DNA of 64,000 nucleotides from a virus (lineage: Duplodnaviria > Caudoviricetes), in IMG/VR virus record IMGVR_UViG_3300025018_000001, one strand, 5' to 3'. Positions within the stretch are counted from its first letter, which is position 1; each line of letters begins with the position of its first letter. Positions 26,361 to 36,212 of this stretch are shown here, one piece after another. Below the pieces are notes generated by a model that saw nothing but the letters and a program-made list of their open reading frames with translations, did not search any database and had not been told where the DNA came from. The position numbers and the translations under genes were made by a program.

Positions 26361-27917
26361 ATGAATCATTACAATGAAGTTGCTGGGGTTCTTGAAACAG
26401 GTGCTGAATTAGTATCTCCTCATCTGCGTTGGTTAATTCGTAACGCAATTCTGGAGCACTGCGGACCTGCGGCAGTAAATCTGATTGCTTACAATGAGTC
26501 AGTCCCTGCTGAACACTACGGCATAGCTCATGCACCAAGCAAATCTCTGGTGTTGAATCTTGAGAAGCATTTCTACAATGCCGTCATCAAGGTTCAGGAA
26601 GATGAGAATATGTATGCATCACTGCGTACACTAATTCTCCATGAGCTTTTGGACACTGCCAAGCATGAAGCACATCATCTGCTGGTAGCTTTCGAAGAAG
26701 GTAACTTTGAAGATAGCGACCTTGACGAAGAAGGTGCTAAAGTTGCGGGCAAACTTTCATGGCAGGTTGCACGTGATTGGGATGTTAACATAGTCCTATT
26801 CGGCACATTCCTTGATACGCTTATTGATGATTTCATTGCTGATGTCAAAGAAGCTACCTTGGAAACACCAACCATGTGGAAAGACCTGCAGGTATACATG
26901 CATGAGAATTGTCTGGGGTATTACAATCCAGATAAAGATATGGAACTCTCAATCATGAATACTTTCGAGGCCCTTGCCAAAGATGACAATCCATGGATGA
27001 CGGAACCTGCTAAGTTCCTTGATACTACTATCTGCGAAACTGAACGCACTCAGGTGCCAACAGTTCCTGCGGTGGACGGTATTGATATACCTGTGGATAA
27101 TTACGAGTCGCAGATGCCTATTCATCCTCAAGAAGTTACTCCTGCGGGTATGAGTATGTTTGAAGCTTTGGCTCTGGTGCAAAACAGTGGAGCACAGCCT
27201 ATAATCAGTCAAAGTACTTTCGAAAGATTTATGGCGCAGTCATTAAAGGAGGATGGGTACGTACCACCCTCACTACCTGCTATGGGTGATTCTTATCCAG
27301 TGTACGATGGCGGTGATGACTATGACTGGAATGAAGAGCCTGAATTGGCGCCTGTTGCTCCGATAACTCCGGTCATGCAACCTATGACACAAACAGCTCC
27401 TGTAGCTCCTGTAGCTCAAGGTGCTGGTGGCCATGGCATGGCTAAGGTTATCGAAACGGTATTCCGTACTATATTCTGGCATGTAGTCAATAAAGGTGAA
27501 TTCACACATGAGGGTAGTTATAATAACCCTGCGGTTGTGATGCAACCTGTTAGTATTGCACACATTCCGGGTGCTTTGGATATATTCACCAACATGGATA
27601 CCTTGGACAAGAATGGTAAGTATGCCAAGAATCAGCCGTGTTCCATGGGTATAACTGGTATGTTAACTAAGGAAATGCTTCCTAAGTATACCATGTTCCT
27701 GAACATTGCTGGAACCGTTCACCGACGCTCATTGGTTGCACAAAATCCGAATGCAGTTGACGGACAAGGTGCACTCAAAACTTGGGCGAAGGAAGCTCGT
27801 CAAGGTACCAAGATTATGTACGTACTTGGTGATGAGAAAAATCCCGGAGTTCGTGCAAGTATTAAGCTCACTGCTGGAAGTCCTCTCGGTCAGGAGGAAT
27901 ACAAGCTGTGGACCTGA
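26361..27917 (+). CDS. Large hypothetical protein with HExxH motif and acidic/Pro linker
   Basis: KHEAHHLL; AAGGAG RBS. Confidence 0.7.
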   Translation: MNHYNEVAGVLETGAELVSPHLRWLIRNAILEHCGPAAVNLIAYNESVPAEHYGIAHAPSKSLVLNLEKHFYNAVIKVQEDENMYASLRTLILHELLDTAKHEAHHLLVAFEEGNFEDSDLDEEGAKVAGKLSWQVARDWDVNIVLFGTFLDTLIDDFIADVKEATLETPTMWKDLQVYMHENCLGYYNPDKDMELSIMNTFEALAKDDNPWMTEPAKFLDTTICETERTQVPTVPAVDGIDIPVDNYESQMPIHPQEVTPAGMSMFEALALVQNSGAQPIISQSTFERFMAQSLKEDGYVPPSLPAMGDSYPVYDGGDDYDWNEEPELAPVAPITPVMQPMTQTAPVAPVAQGAGGHGMAKVIETVFRTIFWHVVNKGEFTHEGSYNNPAVVMQPVSIAHIPGALDIFTNMDTLDKNGKYAKNQPCSMGITGMLTKEMLPKYTMFLNIAGTVHRRSLVAQNPNAVDGQGALKTWAKEARQGTKIMYVLGDEKNPGVRASIKLTAGSPLGQEEYKLWT

Positions 27918-28149
27918 TACGAACTGGCATTGTATTAAACGCTAGGGAAATCCGAAATGAATTTGGGTACACACATAAGTATCCGAATTCATTTGGGAAA
28001 GGCACAAAGGTGTGGATTCACTATGACAATAGTGGAAACATACTTAAGATTGAACCTATGGAGGTTTGTGGGGAGTAGTGGTACTGCTCTGTGATGGTTT
28101 GGGTTCTGCTGTTCCCTGCTGTTTCGTTCTCCTTTCCCTGCCCCTTCTT

Positions 28150-28182
28150 GGGGGTGGGGATGGGGATGGGGATTTTGGGGGA
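28150..28182 (+). repeat. G-tract array (potential G-quadruplex)
   Basis: GGGGG-T-GGGG-AT-GGGG-AT-GGGG-ATTTT-GGGGG immediately before a TAGTGGTAC-N9-G box (28183-28201). Confidence 0.65.
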
Positions 28183-28267
28183 TAGTGGTACTGGGTTGAT
28201 GATGGGCTTGTGGGTGTTCCCTTGCCTTGTTGTACTTTCGTTTTATCATTTTTTAAGGAGATTTATC

Positions 28268-29215
28268 ATGAGTAATGCATCCAAATTCGTAGCTATTGCT
28301 GTTGCTGTACGTGCCGCTGGTTCCAAGAATGCCGCTACCGGTCAGTCTCATGGTGGTGTTTACTACCCAGAGCACGTTGTGAATGGCGTCAAGAACACTG
28401 CGCGCTTTGAGGCTAATGTGTATATTAACGGTATGAATTACACCGACCCTGAAACCGGCACCGTGAAGGAAGGACGGAATGAAATCGTGCGCATCGTTGC
28501 GTGGAATGGCCGTAATGCTAAGCCGGGTTCTGGACTCGCTGACCTGTGTGCAAAGGCTATCACCAAAGGCAAAGAGTTCTCCTGTGAGCTGGACATCCGC
28601 ACCTTCAAAAAGCGTTTGTTCATTGACGACAAACCTCAGGTTGACCATATGGGTCGTGAGATTCTTGTCAACGGTACCAACTTTGTCATGAAAGGTCTCC
28701 CTATCTGGGGAAATGATTCTGACCAAGTTATCCTTGACGAAATTCAGAACTACCGTCAGACCGGTCAGGCTACTTTTGCCGCTCGTCCACCTTTCTGGAA
28801 TGTTGTTGGTCATGCTGACGCCGCTATCTGGGATGTTATCAAGAAGTCCCGTCGTGCCGCTCAGTATATTCCGGGTAGCACCACTTTCGGTCATGCCCGT
28901 GTTGTAGTTCCGAATGGTGCTCAGCTCCTGAATGCTGGTGGTAACGCTGGCAACATGGACCAAGCCGGTCTTATGGCGATGCTTCAAGCATTGATGGCTG
29001 GTCAGCAGAAACCGGCTCCTGTTGCAGTACCTGAACCTGTTGCTCCTGTTGTTCAGACTCCTGCTCTTCCTGCCGGTATCGACCCTGCTATGATGGCAGC
29101 TCTTCTGGCTCAGTTCGGTGGGGGTGCTACTCCTGCTGTTCAGACTCCTGCTGTTCAGACTCCGCCTGTTACTGCCGCCGCTGGTTCTGTACTCAACGGT
29201 CAGATGCCTATCTAA
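28268..29215 (+). CDS. Putative single-stranded DNA-binding (OB-fold) protein with Pro/Ala/Gln tail
   Basis: VRIVAW...LADLCAKAITKGKEFSCELDIRT parallels the SSB pattern W...LAE....L.KG..V..EG.LRT. Start re-set to 28268; the upstream in-frame extension is a non-coding G-rich leader. Confidence 0.5.
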   Translation: MSNASKFVAIAVAVRAAGSKNAATGQSHGGVYYPEHVVNGVKNTARFEANVYINGMNYTDPETGTVKEGRNEIVRIVAWNGRNAKPGSGLADLCAKAITKGKEFSCELDIRTFKKRLFIDDKPQVDHMGREILVNGTNFVMKGLPIWGNDSDQVILDEIQNYRQTGQATFAARPPFWNVVGHADAAIWDVIKKSRRAAQYIPGSTTFGHARVVVPNGAQLLNAGGNAGNMDQAGLMAMLQALMAGQQKPAPVAVPEPVAPVVQTPALPAGIDPAMMAALLAQFGGGATPAVQTPAVQTPPVTAAAGSVLNGQMPI

Positions 29216-29224
29216 TCTCTTCCT

Positions 29225-29266
29225 TGTGCCGTGCCATCCTTCGGGGTGGTGCGGTACATTTTTTCT
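29225..29266 (+). terminator. Intrinsic terminator
   Basis: 15-bp stem, TTCG loop, T-run. Confidence 0.85.
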
Positions 29267-29602
29267 TTTTTAAGTGGCTTCGCTAAGAAACAGCAGGTAC
29301 CCTGGGGGTGTTAGCTTAGGTGGTCGGTTATACTATCATTAGGTCATTGGTTGGAGGATACGCTTTGTCTAGCTTACTGTTTCATTTCTTCGGAATTTTC
29401 GGTGGTACGTTTTATTTTTTTCTTTACAGCTGGCCTATGGTTAAAGACGTTACTGGGAAGTTTGGCCTGGAGGAGTTGCCGCTTTTTTGTTCTCTAGACC
29501 GGATCGTGATTCATACCTGTGACTTTTTACAGATGGTTACTTTTGGGCAGGGATTATTATGTGGGAAGAATTAGTATCTTTAACTAACCTCCCCACTATT
29601 TA

Positions 29603-30238
29603 CTATTGTATAAATTCTGCATTAACTATGTCCATGTCCCATGCTGGGGGTGGGGTGGCTGCTTTATATTGGTCACGTACTTTAACAAAGACTTTAAATA
29701 GTTTCTCATTTGTTAAATGCTCATCTTTTAAAACAGTGCATTGGATTTCATTACCATACTTTTGTACGAATTCATATACTTTTTGTCTAGTTATACCTTT
29801 GGTAAGTTCTTCAACGGGCGCGGTAACAATAACATCTGGGCTTGATAAAGTTGCTATAACTTCTTCAAACTCTGCAATGATTTTTGCAAGTACTGCTCTG
29901 TGTTCTTCTATAGTAATATATTTAGTAGTATCTACTACACAATCATTAGTAGTACTATTATCTACCATTGGTACATCAAGTGGTACCAAATTGTTGGTAC
30001 ATGTACCAACTTTTTTAGTATCAGACTTGGTACATGTACCAACTTTTTGTGCACGCTTGTATGATTGTCTTAATGTATTTGCCTTAACAGTGGCACCATC
30101 ATTCTTTGCATTGAACTCTTCTGCTACTTGTTTACATGCTTTATTTACGGATAAACCTCCTACTACTAATTTAGTTACTGCGTCTAAAGCGGATTCACCA
30201 CAGATGTCTACATTAATTTTTACTTTGCAATCGCTCAT
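29603..30238 (-). CDS. HTH DNA-binding protein (lone minus-strand gene)
   Basis: GLSVNKACKQVA...ANTLRQSYKR helix-turn-helix-like; AAGGAG RBS before MSDCK. Confidence 0.55.
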   Translation of the reverse strand: MSDCKVKINVDICGESALDAVTKLVVGGLSVNKACKQVAEEFNAKNDGATVKANTLRQSYKRAQKVGTCTKSDTKKVGTCTNNLVPLDVPMVDNSTTNDCVVDTTKYITIEEHRAVLAKIIAEFEEVIATLSSPDVIVTAPVEELTKGITRQKVYEFVQKYGNEIQCTVLKDEHLTNEKLFKVFVKVRDQYKAATPPPAWDMDIVNAEFIQ

Positions 30239-30312
30239 ATGTTTCTCCTTAATTAAAAAATACTTGGTACATGTACCAACTTTTATAGTTAATTGTTGGT
30301 ACATGTACCAAC
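29993..30312. repeat. Four palindromes TTGGTACATGTACCAA
   Basis: 29993-30010, 30027-30042, 30264-30279, 30295-30312; symmetric variant GGGACATGTCCC at 31026-31037. Confidence 0.9.
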
Positions 30313-30426
30313 TTTGTAATGCGTATTATACCACATCTAAACTAAAAGTCAATAGGATAATTTAACCTATAATATAATAGTAGCAGTATGACACGGTGTC
30401 ATATTAAAAAATTCACGGGGGAATTT

Positions 30427-30732
30427 ATGAAGAGAAAACCATTTATTTCAAGACGCTTCAAAGAGAGGGAACCAAGAGAGGGGTATGCTCAAACACTACA
30501 ACTGAGTTTAATACCTGCTACGAAACTAAGCATATGCTTCTGGTGTATTATGACTGTCATAAGTGTATTGCTGGCCTATATGTTACAGGATAATCAGGTT
30601 GGACTTTACGTGCACATTACTTTGACTTTGGGCGCGGCGGCAATAGCATTAAGGCATTCACTTGAATTATGCCGTCTTAAAGGAGAGCTAAGCGTAATGC
30701 TAGATGAGCATCCAGAATACAAATTGGATTAA
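30427..30732 (+). CDS. Membrane protein (2 TM)
   Basis: Hydrophobic helices. Confidence 0.5.
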   Translation: MKRKPFISRRFKEREPREGYAQTLQLSLIPATKLSICFWCIMTVISVLLAYMLQDNQVGLYVHITLTLGAAAIALRHSLELCRLKGELSVMLDEHPEYKLD

Positions 30733-31095
30733 ACAAAAATGATTAACGTTAATAATAGTACTACTATACTAGAACAAAATTAGAATAGTAGTACTATTGT
30801 GTTATTAATTCTGCACAAAATGAAGGAAAATCACCTATGCCTGATCCGGCACTATCTCAGCTAATTCATGCTATATTATACATAGTACTATACTTTCCAT
30901 TGGGTAATGCAGTACAAAGATATTTTGATAGACTACATCCCATATCACTACTCTATTCACCGGTACTACCATTATTACTAGGTAGTAATTTGGCTGATGC
31001 TATGGGTATTTATTTTAAATAGGTGGGGACATGTCCCAACTTTCAACTAGGGACACTGTCCCCACCTACAATAAAATTTTTGGGGGTTTATTGAA

Positions 31096-31347
31096 ATGGC
31101 GTTATCAACAATATGTCTAGTAGTATCTATACTATTTACTATCCTATGTGGAGCAAGTTTAATAGCAATATCAAAATGGATTGATGATACAAAGTATCGT
31201 ATAAGATTCATGTGCTATACTATAATATGTGCCGTAGTAGCAGGTGCTAACCTAATACTATATTTCCTACTGGAATGTCTAGAGTATGCTGATAAGGTTA
31301 TTACCTTACTTCCTTCTTCGTCAGCTATAGTACTATGCTACTGTTAG
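31096..31347 (+). CDS. Membrane protein
   Basis: Hydrophobic. Confidence 0.4.
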   Translation: MALSTICLVVSILFTILCGASLIAISKWIDDTKYRIRFMCYTIICAVVAGANLILYFLLECLEYADKVITLLPSSSAIVLCYC

Positions 31348-31504
31348 TGTGGTACTCTTGTGCCATTACTATTGTACTATTCTACTAGTATATTATTACT
31401 ATTTTCTAAAATTATTGTGAAATTTTTCTTTATGAAAAAAAAGTGTGACTAATTTGCACCCATGATGTGTAATTACACTGTAATAGTAAAAATATAGTAG
31501 TAGT

Positions 31505-31680
31505 AATATAGTAGTAGAATAGTACAATAGTGGTGGTAGAATTCAGTACAATGATGATAGTAGAATAGTACAATAGTGGTGGTAGAATGAGTAGCAAAGT
31601 TATGGTAGATTCAGTAGTAAAATTGTGGTAGGATAGTAGTAATATGTGTGTCGTATAAGAGTAGCAAAGTTATGGTAAAA
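31505..31680. repeat. Degenerate ~23-nt periodic tandem repeat
   Basis: 31-nt exact repeat at 31512 and 31558; 19-nt repeat at 31589 and 31659; GTAG(A/G)(A/T) cores spaced 22-24 nt; inverted copy at 31371-31387. Confidence 0.75.
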
Positions 31681-31999
31681 ATGCATGAGAAAATCAGTAC
31701 AAAAAGATTATGTTTTGTATAGGGTAGAATTGTACTTTGTTATGGTATATATTTTACTAGCTCATCTGGAGGGTATTCCTCGCCCGCGCCAATAAATATA
31801 AGGATAACGTTATGAGTACTGCTACTGAAGAACTGCAAGAAGTATTATGTGTTTTGCTAGAGGCTGATGTAGATGTTAGAAAAATAGCTACAATAAATAT
31901 AACACCTATAGCTGTAGGTAATTCATCCGATGTTATTATAAAAAATAAGATAGAAATAAGTATGTTTAAATAGTAGTATAACTATAAAGGAGTAGCATT

Positions 32000-32602
32000 A
32001 TGAGTGATTCATTTAGTATTGACTTTTCTAGTGATAACCCTTGGATGAAACTGTATGCTTTCTTATTGTATAGAGAGTCTTGTAAAGGTATATGGTTAGA
32101 TATTTCTCCGAAAGACTGGGATACTTTTATATTTGATTATGGTACCAGTGTTAAAGTAGATAGGTACTGGGATTCAGGTGGTGGACAGTCTGACGGATTA
32201 CGTTTAGATATGCATAAATATGATGAACAATTACATGATTTTTCGTGTTCTTACTACATTAATGGTTCTAAAGTCTATATGGAACATTTGGCTGATGTAG
32301 TTAGCTATATGAAATCTTATATGTCTGACCCTAAAAATGTTACAAGTTTTAATAACTTTGAGCGTACTTTTGGTGTTAGTCACGATATGATACCTACAGT
32401 GTTAAGTATTGTAGCAGGTCATTCTATATCAGGTCTATTCTTCGCTGCCAAATTAATGGCTGTAATGTACGAAGCTGATCAAGAGGGAGAGCCACTAAAT
32501 ATAATTGCTAAAACATATACAGCAAAGGAGATAAAAGCATTAAAAGGTTATGCTTTTCTAGCTTGGTTGGATATGGAACGTAGAAACTATACTGGTTGTT
32601 AA
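32000..32602 (+). CDS. Hypothetical protein
   Basis: AAAGGAG RBS. Confidence 0.65.
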   Translation: MSDSFSIDFSSDNPWMKLYAFLLYRESCKGIWLDISPKDWDTFIFDYGTSVKVDRYWDSGGGQSDGLRLDMHKYDEQLHDFSCSYYINGSKVYMEHLADVVSYMKSYMSDPKNVTSFNNFERTFGVSHDMIPTVLSIVAGHSISGLFFAAKLMAVMYEADQEGEPLNIIAKTYTAKEIKALKGYAFLAWLDMERRNYTGC

Positions 32603-32815
32603 TATATGATATTCATCGCCAGCGCCAATAAATTACAAGGAGATACACCATGAGTTGCTTTAATAAAAGAGTAGTAAATAGTTTTACCAAAAGTTTGAAG
32701 AAGCCTTTAGGAAGAGGTAGACTTCGTGCCGTAACAGTAGCACCTATTAATACTTCAGTGCATGATGTTAAGTTTACATATAATTGCTGTAGAACTATGC
32801 GACATACTGGGTAAT

Positions 32816-33055
32816 ATGCCTTTATCAACAATATACAATGGAGAAGTTCTAGACTGGCATTTTAAAAAAGGTGGTCAGGATTTTATTTATAATTTCTACA
32901 TTGGTGATATTTTAATCGGGCAGATATTTCACATAAAGAAATCATGGGATGCTGTATCATGGTATCCCAATAATGTTTGCCCTGTGAATGGTTTTAGAAC
33001 AAGATATGATGCTGCTGAATTCTTACTCCGCCTATGGAGAAATCAATTAGAATAG
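32816..33055 (+). CDS. Hypothetical protein
   Basis: ORF. Confidence 0.45.
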   Translation: MPLSTIYNGEVLDWHFKKGGQDFIYNFYIGDILIGQIFHIKKSWDAVSWYPNNVCPVNGFRTRYDAAEFLLRLWRNQLE

Positions 33056-33074
33056 TAATATAAGGAGTACTATT

Positions 33075-33329
33075 ATGGCTGAGTCGATGATAAAGAAGTA
33101 CCAGAAACAAATCAGTATGGTGTTAAGTGATGCCGCTGTAATGATGTCATACAATAGTTGTAATGATATTCCTGAGTCTTTTTGGGAGGGCCTTACATAC
33201 GAAGATAAGCAAGAAATATTGAGGGAAGCTTATCGAGAAGGTGTAATTACCAAAGAAGCTTTTGACGCAGGTTGGATTGGTGATGCTAATGTTGCTATGT
33301 TATTTTCAAAATGGTTGAAAGAGTCATGA
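33075..33329 (+). CDS. Hypothetical protein
   Basis: TAAGGAG RBS. Confidence 0.55.
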   Translation: MAESMIKKYQKQISMVLSDAAVMMSYNSCNDIPESFWEGLTYEDKQEILREAYREGVITKEAFDAGWIGDANVAMLFSKWLKES

Positions 33330-33736
33330 AACACAACGATATATCTAAAATCTTTAGGAAATTGCTTATGTTAAGAGGCATACCTATTGACACAGGCACA
33401 TGGGACCATGTTATTTATAAATTTGCTGCAAATAATTCTTCTATGGTAAATCCTTACTTGAATGATGCTATACATATGACTATAGATGATACACTTGCTG
33501 CAATAAATAATAACAATATAATGGGTAGTAGGTCTTCAAAAGAAGAACTGACTTGGAAATCTACTATACCTTTCTCTTGTCCTAACTGTGGTGCATTGGA
33601 CAATTATGTTGTCTATCTTAATATTGAGACACTCATTTGTAATCATTGTAATCACGAAAGTGATGTAAGGTTATATTGTAAGGATGTCGAGCTTATTGCC
33701 ATCGATCCTTTAACTGAAGAGCCATTGGAAAGATAA
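33326..33736 (+). CDS. Zinc-ribbon protein
   Basis: CPNC...CNHC. Confidence 0.55.
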   Translation: MKHNDISKIFRKLLMLRGIPIDTGTWDHVIYKFAANNSSMVNPYLNDAIHMTIDDTLAAINNNNIMGSRSSKEELTWKSTIPFSCPNCGALDNYVVYLNIETLICNHCNHESDVRLYCKDVELIAIDPLTEEPLER

Positions 33737-33750
33737 CTACGGAGGCTATA

Positions 33751-34074
33751 ATGCCTAGAGATATGGAGTTTAATGCAGATAATTATTATCCAAATACAAC
33801 AAAGGATTGGATTGATCTTTTCGGCGCCGATGCAAGAATACTCTGCGTTGTACGTGATATTGGTGGTGAACAAGGAGGACCAGTAGTAATAAAACATGTA
33901 GATGAACATGGCTTTTTGGACATACATAGAAAACGCTGGGATACAGCAGCACCAATCTTTATTGATGGTAACAATAAACCTATTATGCTAATGAAGTTGG
34001 ATACCATTAGAAAGTATAATGTTTTATGGGAAAGCGTATTTATTTTTGACCCTTCTATCAAGCGTAGAAAATAA
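33751..34074 (+). CDS. Hypothetical protein
   Basis: GGAGG RBS. Confidence 0.55.
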   Translation: MPRDMEFNADNYYPNTTKDWIDLFGADARILCVVRDIGGEQGGPVVIKHVDEHGFLDIHRKRWDTAAPIFIDGNNKPIMLMKLDTIRKYNVLWESVFIFDPSIKRRK

Positions 34075-34085
34075 AAGGAATTACT

Positions 34086-34508
34086 ATGCACAAACCAAAT
34101 TTCAATGCTGGAGACCTTGTAGACCATAATGCTGTGTCTGCTATTATTAAGAATGATGCTGGTGAAGTACTAGTATTTTTTCATCATAAGTATCAGGAGT
34201 GGACAATACCTGTTGGTAAGGCTGAACAAGGTCAGACTGTTGAAGATGCTTTACGTATGGAAATTTCAGAAGAATGCGGTCTTGAACTTATCTCTTTCAA
34301 AAAGGATCTTATTAAGAAGTATGTCTACCCGCGTGAGAAAAAAGATATTAACGTGGAATTACACCAGTTTACTGTAGATAAATACTCTGGTATACCTCAA
34401 AACCTTGAACCTAAGAAGCATTCTAATATGCAGTTTATGTCTGTAAACGAGCTGCAAAAATTGGATAATAGGATGGATGTATTAGATTTATTTCTCTCTA
34501 CCCAGTAG
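34086..34508 (+). CDS. Nudix hydrolase
   Basis: W.IP.GKAEQGQTVEDALRMEISEECGL, a degenerate Nudix box; EP.KH C-terminal motif. Confidence 0.8.
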   Translation: MHKPNFNAGDLVDHNAVSAIIKNDAGEVLVFFHHKYQEWTIPVGKAEQGQTVEDALRMEISEECGLELISFKKDLIKKYVYPREKKDINVELHQFTVDKYSGIPQNLEPKKHSNMQFMSVNELQKLDNRMDVLDLFLSTQ

Positions 34509-34790
34509 ATAGTAGTAATAGTATAAGGAGTACATAATGAAAACAAAGTTCAATGTAGGTAGTAATAATAAACAGGTAGGCACAGATGATACAACACAGA
34601 TTCAAGTAGGATTGCTACCTGTTGTGGCTTTAGTAGGTGCTATAATTATTGTAGTACTTGCTATTATTAAATACACGTAATATGGTTACTATTTGCAAGT
34701 TGTTAGATATGTTAGAGGATGCTGTGTATATATCATACGAGTTTGTTTTAAGTATATTCAACAACCCAAAAAATGATAAGGAGTAGTAAA

Positions 34791-35201
34791 ATGGATAAGG
34801 TACAATTGGTTGTTTTTCTAAGAAAAATTGGCACTAAACTAGCCACAGGTGCTACAGAAATTTTTAATGCTAATAAACATTCGTTTACTTTATCAACATT
34901 ACCTAGCCATGATGAGATATCTCTAATATTAGATGATTTTCTCATGCTTATGCAAGAAAAACTTGAGGCTGATACGGAATATAAGCCAATGACTGTCATC
35001 AAGCTATGTACTTGGCTAAAAAGCAGTGCTGAAGAGTATAGACATAAACTAGCAAAATCAGATGTACTTGATAATGTTTTAGTTGGTCTTATTAACGAGG
35101 TTGCCGCTAGTCAATGGTTTGATTACGCTCTCAGCCCGCGAGATTTGTCAGGTAACCATAGTAAAACTAAGATAATTCCAAGTGAGTTCGGCCTTAGTTA
35201 A
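34791..35201 (+). CDS. Hypothetical protein
   Basis: TAAGGAG RBS. Confidence 0.55.
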   Translation: MDKVQLVVFLRKIGTKLATGATEIFNANKHSFTLSTLPSHDEISLILDDFLMLMQEKLEADTEYKPMTVIKLCTWLKSSAEEYRHKLAKSDVLDNVLVGLINEVAASQWFDYALSPRDLSGNHSKTKIIPSEFGLS

Positions 35202-35401
35202 CCTACAGGAGACACCTATATGGAAGAAGAAAAAGACCATACAATACCCTGTATAGGTGTTGATGATAAATTGCATGTGTGTTTACCATGGGAAAATGTA
35301 ACAAAATGTGGTATAAAAGTAAAGAAAAAATTAGTAAAAGATAAGGATTGGCATACTAAATACTCATGTTATGAATGTACATATTAACAAGGAGAAATAC
35401 C

Positions 35402-35671
35402 ATGCAAGATGCTGAAAAGAAAGAATATATTGAGTTAAAAAGTGCAGATATTCACCGTAAAAAATCTGCCTTGATATCAACAATGCTCCAGGCTATTACT
35501 GCCGGACATATGGTTGACATGCCAAAAGAAGAATATGATAAAGCTTGTAAAGAACTTGGTTATAATAAAGATACAATGGACTATAAAAAGTTTGTTGCTT
35601 TTAAATTAGCACAGGCAGATATTGCAATTGAAAAAGCAAAGAAGGAGGGTATTATACCTAAAGACTTTTAA
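35402..35671 (+). CDS. Hypothetical protein
   Basis: AAGGAG RBS. Confidence 0.55.
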   Translation: MQDAEKKEYIELKSADIHRKKSALISTMLQAITAGHMVDMPKEEYDKACKELGYNKDTMDYKKFVAFKLAQADIAIEKAKKEGIIPKDF

Positions 35672-35708
35672 TAAGTATGTGTAATAATTAACAATTTTGG
35701 AGTAACTA

Positions 35709-36197
35709 ATGTATAAACCTGGGGATATAGTACCGATAAAGTTTTATGGTAAGTTGCTATTGTTTCAATTTCTTGATGAACATGAGAAGATTGATGAGCA
35801 TACTTATTATCAATCACCTTTCAATAAAATAACTCAGAAATGTCGTGAAAATTATACTGAAAATATGGCTAAATTCGACCCAGCCGACAGTATTTTTAGT
35901 TCGACATGTATAGGGGAAACTCCTTTTGAGGGGCATACACACCGTATTTATCTACGTAGACTGGGGGATAAGCTTACATTAGATCCACCAGTACGTAAGG
36001 ATATATTTATTAAAAATTATCTTCCGGGTAGTAAAATATTTACTCTGGTTACTTCTGGTGGCGAGTCATTGCAATATCAATATACCAACGTCAACAAACA
36101 TTTTATGGATAATGTTTTAGATTTGGTAAAGTATCTTGGGTATCAAGACGGTTACCACTACTGGATTTCAAACGATTACCTTGCCAAAGTAGCATAA
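35709..36197 (+). CDS. Hypothetical protein
   Basis: GGAG RBS. Confidence 0.55.
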   Translation: MYKPGDIVPIKFYGKLLLFQFLDEHEKIDEHTYYQSPFNKITQKCRENYTENMAKFDPADSIFSSTCIGETPFEGHTHRIYLRRLGDKLTLDPPVRKDIFIKNYLPGSKIFTLVTSGGESLQYQYTNVNKHFMDNVLDLVKYLGYQDGYHYWISNDYLAKVA

Positions 36198-36212
36198 AAA
36201 TTCGACATACAG

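Noticed and set aside
28091-28267. N-terminal hydrophobic extension of the 374-aa ORF
   Set aside because: It is the translation of the G-rich regulatory leader; a strong AAGGAG precedes ATG 28268.
31505-31680. CRISPR or TIGR-like guide array
   Set aside because: Low-complexity degenerate units with no unique spacers and no associated effector gene.
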